From a virus: a DNA stretch of 44,059 nucleotides. Positions 10,401 through 17,580 of the stretch are shown here, one piece after another. Position numbers and translations under genes: made by a program. The stretch lies in IMG/VR virus record IMGVR_UViG_3300025584_000284; one strand, written 5' to 3'. Positions within the stretch are counted from its first letter, which is position 1. Every line of letters starts with the position of its first letter. Below the pieces are notes generated by a model. The model had not been told where the DNA came from. It saw only the letters and a list, made by a program, of their open reading frames with translations, and searched no databases.

Positions 10401-10583
10401 TTACTCCCAAATTCTAGCTAATCTACGAATGAAACCAAGTGTGGCTCCGAATCCAAATGCTATTGCGGCTACTTGGAAATTTTCCATATATAGTGCCATA
10501 GCAGATAACATATATGTAGCAAATCTTGCTACACCATATAGTGAAAAATTACCACTTGCTTCTACAAATTGTTGTCTTGTCAT
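10401..10583 (-). CDS. Small putative membrane protein
   Basis: 60 aa with two hydrophobic stretches (FATYMLSAMALY, VAAIAFGFGATLGFI). Confidence 0.6.
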   Translation of the reverse strand: MTRQQFVEASGNFSLYGVARFATYMLSAMALYMENFQVAAIAFGFGATLGFIRRLARIWE

Positions 10584-10762
10584 TATTTACCTCTTTTTTT
10601 AGGGAATGCTGGTGATAAAAGTTTTTTAAATCCTCTTGAAACTCTTGTCCAAAATTGATCTTCTTTACCTCTAAAATTACCGATAATATTACCATCTTTG
10701 GTTCTTTTTACAGTAGTTGTTAGTGATTTTCTTGTTTTTGTTTTTGTTGTTTTTTTCGGCAT
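10583..10762 (-). CDS. Small basic hypothetical protein (59 aa, absent from the ORF track)
   Basis: Manual translation: MPKKTTKTKTRKSLTTTVKRTKDGNIIGNFRGKEDQFWTRVSRGFKKLLSPAFPKKRGK. AGGAG lies upstream and the stop overlaps the next start (TAATG). Confidence 0.65.
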   Translation of the reverse strand: MPKKTTKTKTRKSLTTTVKRTKDGNIIGNFRGKEDQFWTRVSRGFKKLLSPAFPKKRGK

Positions 10763-10772
10763 TTTATTTCTC

Positions 10773-12206
10773 CTATACCTTGTATGTATTTACTCTTTTT
10801 CTTGGTGTCCAGTTTTTCCATGCTGTTTCCATGTGGTCTATGAAATTCTTACTCATCCAACGAACACTCTGCATTGAATCATCACTCTTTACAAAATAAT
10901 GTCCTTTAGTACCACATCTTTTTCTTGGGTCTTTACCCATTTCATACCATTCTTTTATAGCATTTCCTGCATCTACCCAATCACATCTATCATCAAAGAT
11001 ATATGGTGTTGGTACTGAACCCATTAGTGAACGAGTCTTTGGCCATACTGGCTTCACCCATTCTCCCCAAGTTAATTCTTCATTGTGTTCCCACTTTCTC
11101 CAATCGTGTAGTGATTTAATTTCTTTATAATCTTCAGCAGTTAGAAACTTATCCTTTACTTTAAATCCACATTGGTCTTGCATCCCTCCTGTAACATTTA
11201 CTACAATTGGTGTTCCACACATTAATGATTCACAAGTACCTAATCCAAATCCTTCATTGGATGCAAGATTCATTGTTACATCTGATATATTATATAAAAA
11301 ATTCATTTGTTTATTATCAAGTTTTTGGTGCGAAAATACCACTTGACATTCTGGAGCTAAAGCCTCAACAAGTGCTGGAATATCTGTTCCATTATCATCA
11401 ACTGGTTGAGTATGCATTACATAAGCAACTCTACTTTGTTTCTCTTTTGGTAAAGTATTTACAAATTCTTTAAATGCCAAAATAGAATCACCAACCATCT
11501 TTCTTCGTATATTCCTATTCACATATAATAAAATAAAATCAATTGGTCTATTACCTACTAATTCCTGTTTAAACTTTTTCATTTCTAACAATTCTTTGTT
11601 ATCTGTAATGGGATAAAAAATTTCTTCATTAGCCCCATGTGGTGAATAAGTGGAATCCCAATCTGTTCGTGGTTTTCTTGTACAAACATCATTTACAATA
11701 GCAACAGTTTGTTTTGAAATATTCATAATCAAATCAGAACTCTCATAATAATTTTGATTATATTTTGGAGCTGGCCAATCATCCCAAATGTTATAATAAA
11801 AAATAGGAATATTTTGTCTAATTTCGTGTTCCATTTGATATAACCATTGCCAAAATCTTGGGTCTGTATAGTGTAGGATTGCATCAGGTTTTTCTGTTTT
11901 GATTAAATGTCGAATCATATCAGGATTACCATATCCACTTGTTGGGAATATTTTTAATGATGCATCATAAATTCCTGTTTCTTCTCTAATTGATTCATTC
12001 AAATCAAATACTTTACCTTCTTCAGGATGTTTGATTGCTCCACCAACTTGTACCCAATCGTATTTATCAATTGTTGAGAGGACAAATTCTCTTGACATCG
12101 TACCAACCCCACTTGACATACGAAGATCATCTGATAGTAATAAAATCTTTTTCTTTTTTCTTGATTTTTTTATAGATTTTAATTTTGGTAATTTTAGTTC
12201 TGACAT
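10773..12206 (-). CDS. Glycosyltransferase, GT-B fold (GT4-like)
   Basis: Motifs SDDLRMSSGVG, YVNRNIRRK and SNEGFGLGTCESLMCGTPIVVNVTGGMQDQ. Confidence 0.88.
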   Translation of the reverse strand: MSELKLPKLKSIKKSRKKKKILLLSDDLRMSSGVGTMSREFVLSTIDKYDWVQVGGAIKHPEEGKVFDLNESIREETGIYDASLKIFPTSGYGNPDMIRHLIKTEKPDAILHYTDPRFWQWLYQMEHEIRQNIPIFYYNIWDDWPAPKYNQNYYESSDLIMNISKQTVAIVNDVCTRKPRTDWDSTYSPHGANEEIFYPITDNKELLEMKKFKQELVGNRPIDFILLYVNRNIRRKMVGDSILAFKEFVNTLPKEKQSRVAYVMHTQPVDDNGTDIPALVEALAPECQVVFSHQKLDNKQMNFLYNISDVTMNLASNEGFGLGTCESLMCGTPIVVNVTGGMQDQCGFKVKDKFLTAEDYKEIKSLHDWRKWEHNEELTWGEWVKPVWPKTRSLMGSVPTPYIFDDRCDWVDAGNAIKEWYEMGKDPRKRCGTKGHYFVKSDDSMQSVRWMSKNFIDHMETAWKNWTPRKRVNTYKV

Positions 12207-12228
12207 TTATAACCTTTATTGTTTTTAT

Positions 12229-12423
12229 TTAAAATTTACTTCCGCTTTGATGAAGATTATCGTGTTCGAGAATTTTCTTTCTCAACTCCTCATCATAAAC
12301 AAATAAATCAAGAGTCCTATTCACTAATTTTTGTAATGAAAATTCACTCTCAATTGTTTCGTTTTTAAATTTCTTGTATAACTCCGATATAACTTTAACC
12401 GAAGTTAGTTTTATTTCACTCAT
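12229..12423 (-). CDS. Small hypothetical protein, possibly ribbon-helix-helix DNA-binding
   Basis: 64 aa with a beta-strand (KLTSVKV) followed by two helices; GGAG RBS. Confidence 0.55.
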   Translation of the reverse strand: MSEIKLTSVKVISELYKKFKNETIESEFSLQKLVNRTLDLFVYDEELRKKILEHDNLHQSGSKF

Positions 12424-12471
12424 ATTTTAACTCCATCTTGTATATATGTATATATAATAATAAATATAACC

Positions 12472-12879
12472 TTAATCAATAATAATGTACTTTTTTAATA
12501 ACTTTTTTGCGTGTCCAATTGTATCCATTGTTCCTTTAGAGACAACACCATTGGGTATAAATGCTACAACTTTATCACTATATTCTGCTATTTCTTTATT
12601 TCTTTTAAAGTAATTCCATACTGCATATGGTTTACCATAATTGAAACTCTCTTTAACACAATGTATATTGTGTGTATAATGTTGTGGTGGAAATTCTACA
12701 TATTTCATATCAAACTCTAATGCATATTTCTTAGCCAATCCATCAGCTCCATCCTTTTGGCCACCACTAACTATCTCTAATTCATCTCCAAACTTTTCTT
12801 TAAGTTTAAAAATAAAATCTTTTATCTTTTTTGTATTTGTATAACCTCGACTACCGACTATTGCTATCTTAATAATCAT
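12472..12879 (-). CDS. SLOG-superfamily protein (YspA/DUF2493-like)
   Basis: Motifs IAIVGSR, IVSGGQKDGADGLA, RNKEIAEYSD and SKGTMDTI. Confidence 0.8.
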   Translation of the reverse strand: MIIKIAIVGSRGYTNTKKIKDFIFKLKEKFGDELEIVSGGQKDGADGLAKKYALEFDMKYVEFPPQHYTHNIHCVKESFNYGKPYAVWNYFKRNKEIAEYSDKVVAFIPNGVVSKGTMDTIGHAKKLLKKYIIID

Positions 12880-13297
12880 TCCTCTTTTGTTTCCGTTTTG
12901 GCGGTTTTTCTGATACTGTGAAATCCCATGTTGATTTAAAACTATCTAATCCTTCGAGTACACCATCCGCCCCATTTGTATATCTGTAAGCAAATCTTGT
13001 ATACTGTGCCGTGTTGGCAATCGCTATTTGTTTTGGTATAACATCATACCAAATAAAATCTCTAAACAAATCAAAATATTGTGGACGAACTATAGTTTTA
13101 AAATTATTATGTGGTATTCTATCCCACTTCTTAACAAACCCAGCCACATCAACTTTATCTCTCGTTTGGTCGAACCAAAAATATAATTTCATATTATTAA
13201 CTTCATTACCATATTCGGTTATTTTTTCTATAACCTCATCTTCTTTATCTGTACCTATAAAATCTGTTAAATACACTCTTAATGTTGGATTAATCAT
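12869..13297 (-). CDS. Hypothetical protein
   Basis: 142-aa ORF overlapping both neighbours. Confidence 0.65.
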   Translation of the reverse strand: MINPTLRVYLTDFIGTDKEDEVIEKITEYGNEVNNMKLYFWFDQTRDKVDVAGFVKKWDRIPHNNFKTIVRPQYFDLFRDFIWYDVIPKQIAIANTAQYTRFAYRYTNGADGVLEGLDSFKSTWDFTVSEKPPKRKQKRNDY

Positions 13298-14160
13298 ATC
13301 CGTTTCCTATCACATATATCTGGTTTAGTTTTAAACTCACACCACTTACAATTCTTTGTTGATGGTTCTTTACGATATTCTTTTATATAGTGATTTCCAT
13401 CATCATCAAAACAATCACTAATAAACTCATCTAATCTTCCTATAACCCTATTGATACTTGGTTTACCATTTGCTGGTGTAAAAACCTGTATTCTCTTTTG
13501 TGGGAAATCCATATTTTCATATAATTTTCTCTTCAGTATTAAATATTCAATATCTATTTTATCCATCGGAATATCATTCTGTTTAGAAAAGAATTGTTTA
13601 TATAATAATAACTGATTGGTTTTATTCTTATCCATCTTCTGATACTTATTCCAACCCATTGTGGCAGTTTTAATATCAATAATCTTTATACGGCCTGTTA
13701 CCTTATTGTGTATAACCACATCCATATACCCATTAAAATTCATATTGTTGGGTAAATCATACTCTACACTCATTTCAACCCCAACTAACTCGGTATTCTT
13801 CTTTGGAAAATAACCACTCTTTCGTTTCTTAAATTCATTTATCATATAAACACCATCTTGATAAAACTCTTTCATTTCTTGTAGTGTTATTGATAACTCA
13901 TCTTTTGAATCTGATTTAGCGGTTTTGTAATTTTCTTCCATGCGATATTTTAAAATATCTTCTAATGGTAATGCATCTGCTTCTTTAATTGTTCGGCCAT
14001 AATAACAAACTAAATAGGCTTGAATCACTTCATGTACCGAAGTACCGAAGATAGTATAGATATTATCAGTAAATGTACCAAGTTTATCTATATAATTGGA
14101 TTTCCACATATGAGGGCATTTATCCCATTGTGAAAATTGACTATAACTAACTCTACCCAT
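13294..14160 (-). CDS. PD-(D/E)XK nuclease, Cas4/RecB/AddB-like with Fe-S cysteines
   Basis: Motifs SYSQFSQWDKCP, GYMDVV, IIDIKT and QLLLYK, with C-terminal CKWC...C. Confidence 0.85.
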   Translation of the reverse strand: MGRVSYSQFSQWDKCPHMWKSNYIDKLGTFTDNIYTIFGTSVHEVIQAYLVCYYGRTIKEADALPLEDILKYRMEENYKTAKSDSKDELSITLQEMKEFYQDGVYMINEFKKRKSGYFPKKNTELVGVEMSVEYDLPNNMNFNGYMDVVIHNKVTGRIKIIDIKTATMGWNKYQKMDKNKTNQLLLYKQFFSKQNDIPMDKIDIEYLILKRKLYENMDFPQKRIQVFTPANGKPSINRVIGRLDEFISDCFDDDGNHYIKEYRKEPSTKNCKWCEFKTKPDICDRKRI

Positions 14161-14416
14161 CTACTACGGCTCTACCTTTCATATCTTCCCAATCTCTATT
14201 CTTTCTTACTTTATCATTTGTGTCTATAACTGCCTCTAATACTTCTGGTTTAATTACCTCATTAAAGTAATACATTACGGCCGCGTCAATATCCATTAAC
14301 CCAATTGAAATTGGTTTTACTTTATCATCTCTACGAGTTGTATCGTATCCTCTGTTAAAATTTTTTCTCGTTGATAATATTTTTTCTTTTCTTGGTAAAG
14401 TCTTACTTCGTTCCAT
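14153..14416 (-). pseudogene. Chimeric ORF: N-terminus of a probable tail-completion-like structural gene fused to a UDP-glucose-dehydrogenase-type C-terminus
   Basis: The last ~25 aa (NDKVRKNRDWEDMKGRAVV) resemble the tail at 15396-15479 (NLEVRPERDWEQLVGRAVV). The first ~60 aa (SIGLMDIDAAVMYYFNEVIKP) match, from recall, a large-phage tail-gene family. The junction is near 14240. Confidence 0.5.
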
Positions 14417-14576
14417 TAAATACTTCTCACTTCTTCAATGTTAAGATTACTTCGTCTTAACAAGTTAGCACTACATATGACTGAATGAATGTGTTGAAAC
14501 TAATCTCACCCAATGTATTTGTTGAGTTAATTGTGTCCTTTTCAGTATCTCCACCCATTAACATATAGAAAGTCAT
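14416..14576 (-). pseudogene. Two fused gene fragments in different frames
   Basis: ATG at 14576 (ATGA overlap) reads MTFYMLMGGDTEKDTINSTNTLGEISFNTF. A second frame reads HSVICSANLLRRSNLNIEEVRSI* and ends in a TAATG overlap at 14416. The switch lies at the duplicated CATT near 14488. Confidence 0.5.
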
Positions 14577-15343
14577 ACTTCAATTCCCAACCTGTTTAAA
14601 TCTTCTTTTAATAAAATGTCTAATTTTATATTTGGATTACACTTTCGTATCGCTTTAAACTTATCTTTACTGATTGAATAATGGTAGTCATTTTTCACAT
14701 CAACATATCTATCTTCTGTAATTAAATAAAAGTCTGGTAAATAACTATGTTTGTTTCCGTTCATTGTATATGGAATTGTTCCCCTATGAGCTTTAAATGG
14801 AATATTATTCTTGTCTAAATACTCTACATATTTTAGTTCCCAAGTTCCTTGACATTTTACAATTCTACCAGATTTAGTTTCATAATCCCACCATTTAGAT
14901 TGTCCGACATTTACACCGTCCATTTTACCTTCTCTCCAAGCTCTCCTTGTTCCTTCTGAATATTTCTTACGAAGTTCTTCACCACCACCATTTTTAAATA
15001 TTTCTGTTCGTGTCTTACTCATTTTCAATCTTGCTTCAAGTTGTTTCATACCATTTTTCATACCGACATTAATTTTACCTTTTGTCTTTTTACTCAGTTT
15101 CCTAAATTGGTCACTCCACATCTTATCTGCTGTTTCTTGTCCATACTTTTCAATCCAAACATCTTTTACTGAACGGCCATACATTGGATTACTCTTACCA
15201 ACCAAAGAAGGTCTATTTTTTCTTGCTGAACAAGGTCTGCATAATTTATCATACTTAACACCATCTAAATATGTGTATTTATCCAAGTGTTTTACCACTT
15301 CTTTACATTTAGGACAAGTTCTATTATATGTTTTTCTTTTCAT
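14573..15343 (-). CDS. Free-standing homing-endonuclease-like protein (Zn finger + NUMOD3-like + PD-(D/E)XK/TnsA-like nuclease)
   Basis: Motifs CPKC...CRPC, SNPMYGRS, QGTWELKY and YLPDFYL...YVDVK. Confidence 0.75.
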   Translation of the reverse strand: MKRKTYNRTCPKCKEVVKHLDKYTYLDGVKYDKLCRPCSARKNRPSLVGKSNPMYGRSVKDVWIEKYGQETADKMWSDQFRKLSKKTKGKINVGMKNGMKQLEARLKMSKTRTEIFKNGGGEELRKKYSEGTRRAWREGKMDGVNVGQSKWWDYETKSGRIVKCQGTWELKYVEYLDKNNIPFKAHRGTIPYTMNGNKHSYLPDFYLITEDRYVDVKNDYHYSISKDKFKAIRKCNPNIKLDILLKEDLNRLGIEV

Positions 15344-15395
15344 TTGGTTTCCAAGTTAAATGTTTTCCTATATTAATAAGTATCTGAAACTAAAA

Positions 15396-15519
15396 TTATT
15401 CATCATCAGGATTAACAACAGCTCTACCTACTAATTGTTCCCAATCTCTTTCTGGTCTTACTTCTAAATTAGTTTTCCACATAACCGAGTCCTACAATAC
15501 CTATATTTACTTCCCCCAC
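15396..15519 (-). pseudogene. ugd: Internally deleted UDP-glucose/GDP-mannose dehydrogenase remnant
   Basis: GTG at 15519 gives MGEVNIGIVGLGYV (Rossmann GxGxxG start). It shifts frame at ~15478 into WKTNLEVRPERDWEQLVGRAVVNPDDE*. The catalytic body is absent. Confidence 0.65.
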
Positions 15520-15902
15520 TTGTCTCTTCCCACTATAGTTGCCATAATACCATAGTTACTAACATCGAGATAGGCATCTTCAACAGGTTCGTCTTTTACA
15601 GCTGACTTTCTGTTATTCAACAGTAATGTTTTAACTCGTTGTATTTTGTCATTCATCCTGAAAAAAAGACCGATTAGGGATAATCTTACTTCTTCAGGTG
15701 TTTGTAATTGTGTACCAACACTAATATTGCCAGGGCCGTAATCGTGTTGCTTATGTAAGAACAATTCATATTGTTCTCTTTGAATCTTCTTGAACTCTTG
15801 GGTCATTTCAGGCCATTCGAGTTCCATTTGTTCTACTATTGACAGACTATCATCATCCTTAGTATACTTTCTAACTGTCTTAGAATCTGTTATCACTTTC
15901 AT
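15507..15902 (-). CDS. DUF1599 / nucleotide-modification-associated domain 1 protein
   Basis: Motifs KQHDYGPGNI, RMNDKIQR and EDAYLDVSNYGIM. Confidence 0.8.
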   Translation of the reverse strand: MKVITDSKTVRKYTKDDDSLSIVEQMELEWPEMTQEFKKIQREQYELFLHKQHDYGPGNISVGTQLQTPEEVRLSLIGLFFRMNDKIQRVKTLLLNNRKSAVKDEPVEDAYLDVSNYGIMATIVGRDKWGK

Positions 15903-15929
15903 CTATTTTACTCCTATTTTACATACTTG

Positions 15930-15959
15930 AATATACAACACAAAACCTATATAAGTCAA
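15930..15959 (-). promoter_or_regulatory. Sigma70-type promoter TTGACT-N18-TATATT
   Basis: Read directly on the minus strand; the same motif recurs at 30828-30857 and 44012-44040. Confidence 0.75.
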
Positions 15960-16543
15960 GCTATTTTATCAATTATTCCATACTCTAAACACATTTGTGC
16001 GGTTAGATATGTATCATTTCTTTGAATCTTTTTCCAAAAGGATGCATCTTTATTTGATACTTCTCCTAAAATTGAATTTATATTTTTCTGTAAATCTTTT
16101 AGATGGTCAACACCTTTCATCACATCTGTAGTTTTACCTGCCTCAAATGCTGAACCCTCGTGTACCATAACGGTTGAGTTCGTACTCATTGACCTTACTC
16201 CTGTACCACAAGCTAACAATACCGAAGCGGCACTCATACAAGTTCCAATACAATGTGTGTTTACTTTAACTGGTAAACTTCTTATGAAATCAACCAACCC
16301 CAACATTGCATAAACATCACCACCATATGAAGTAATATTCATATTGATAGATTTTTCTGGATTACATCTTAATAAATAATCTAACTTGATTTGTACTGAA
16401 TATACACTATCAATTTCAAACTCGTGGTTCATCCAAGTAGTATTGGTATCTGAATTAACACCCCACTCTATTTCTTTCATATAAAATGATTGTTCTTTTT
16501 TATAGTCCATAATATCTATTTGTTTTTCCATTACTTGCTCCAT
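15956..16543 (-). CDS. clpP: ClpP-family serine protease (likely start 16531)
   Basis: Motifs ITSYGGDV, GTCMSAASVLL (Ser), STVMVHE (His) and NDTYLTA...YGIIDKI (Asp). Confidence 0.92.
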   Translation of the reverse strand: MEQVMEKQIDIMDYKKEQSFYMKEIEWGVNSDTNTTWMNHEFEIDSVYSVQIKLDYLLRCNPEKSINMNITSYGGDVYAMLGLVDFIRSLPVKVNTHCIGTCMSAASVLLACGTGVRSMSTNSTVMVHEGSAFEAGKTTDVMKGVDHLKDLQKNINSILGEVSNKDASFWKKIQRNDTYLTAQMCLEYGIIDKIA

Positions 16544-16959
16544 ATTTTTTTCAATTCCTTATCAGTTACACCATATTTCATTATGATGGATGTAACTTGT
16601 TCTTTGGTTAATATCTCTAAGTACTGTTCTACTTCTCTTGTACTACATTGAAAGTAATCCACTAAGTGTTCCATTGCCCACTTCTCAACTTTAGATTTCT
16701 TCTTTGATTTCGTGTACTTCAAGAAAGTTCTACCTCTTGGTAATACATCTATATAAAACTGATAAAGATTCTTTGGTTTTATTTCCCAATATTTTTGAAT
16801 CTCATTTACAACTTGTATCCATTCTGATTTCATACTAAGAAATCTATGAACCATATAGTTGCTGAAAGTTTTCTTATCACCCTCTTCAAGTGAATCCCAA
16901 TACAAAGTGTTTTGTACATTTGTTATTTGTTTTATGTGGTCGAATAATGATTTAGACAT
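16531..16959 (-). CDS. Clamp loader small subunit (T4 gp62-like)
   Basis: Motifs LFDHIKQI, FSNYMVHRFLSM, LYQFYIDVLP and FLKYTK; T4-type replisome context. Confidence 0.8.
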   Translation of the reverse strand: MSKSLFDHIKQITNVQNTLYWDSLEEGDKKTFSNYMVHRFLSMKSEWIQVVNEIQKYWEIKPKNLYQFYIDVLPRGRTFLKYTKSKKKSKVEKWAMEHLVDYFQCSTREVEQYLEILTKEQVTSIIMKYGVTDKELKKIWSK

Positions 16960-17010
16960 AATAACCTTTTGATATATATAAATAGTTTAAAATAAATTGA
17001 AACTGTGTGT

Positions 17011-17580
17011 TTATTTCCAAGTATCACCATTCATCCATGTAATTAGTGAATATCGTATTCCATTTGTAATTGGTGTTATTCTATGTGATAGAAATGCAGG
17101 AAATATAATTATACTACCTCGTGTTCTTGTAGCGGTATAATTACTTTCTCCAGTTTCATTAGTAATTCCAAATTCTAAATCTCCACCATCATAACTATTT
17201 CCATCACTCAACTGAACAATAGCAGTTAATTTTCGTGTAGAAATTTCTTTTGCTCCACTATCAGTATGCCATTTGTATCTACCACCTTGTGTATATTTTA
17301 ATAACTTAACTTCTTCCATTTCTTTAATATCATAATTGTATGTGGAAACATTTGCCAATTCAAAAACCATTTTTAATTTATTAGTTAATTTTTCATCATC
17401 AAGTACAAGTTCTCTTGTATTACGAACTTCTTTATTAAGTAAATTTTTATCATAAGTTCCAGCAAGTTCTGAATCTTTTGATTCTTTACTTTCAAAATAT
17501 TCAATTAACTCTATACATTGACTTTCTGATAGAAAATTATCTCTATGAATAACAAACTGAAATTTATCATTAGTAATCAT
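17011..17580 (-). CDS. 2OG-Fe(II) oxygenase (prolyl-4-hydroxylase/PKHD-like)
   Basis: Motifs YKWHTD (HxD), YDGGDLEF and FPAFLSHRITP...RYSLITW. Confidence 0.92.
   Translation of the reverse strand: MITNDKFQFVIHRDNFLSESQCIELIEYFESKESKDSELAGTYDKNLLNKEVRNTRELVLDDEKLTNKLKMVFELANVSTYNYDIKEMEEVKLLKYTQGGRYKWHTDSGAKEISTRKLTAIVQLSDGNSYDGGDLEFGITNETGESNYTATRTRGSIIIFPAFLSHRITPITNGIRYSLITWMNGDTWK

Noticed and set aside
13294-14160. CRISPR-Cas locus implied by the Cas4-like nuclease
   Set aside because: There are no repeat-spacer array and no other cas genes in the window.
14417-15506. Group I intron housing the endonuclease
   Set aside because: The flanking fragments do not rejoin into one reading frame, and no intron core pairings were recognisable.
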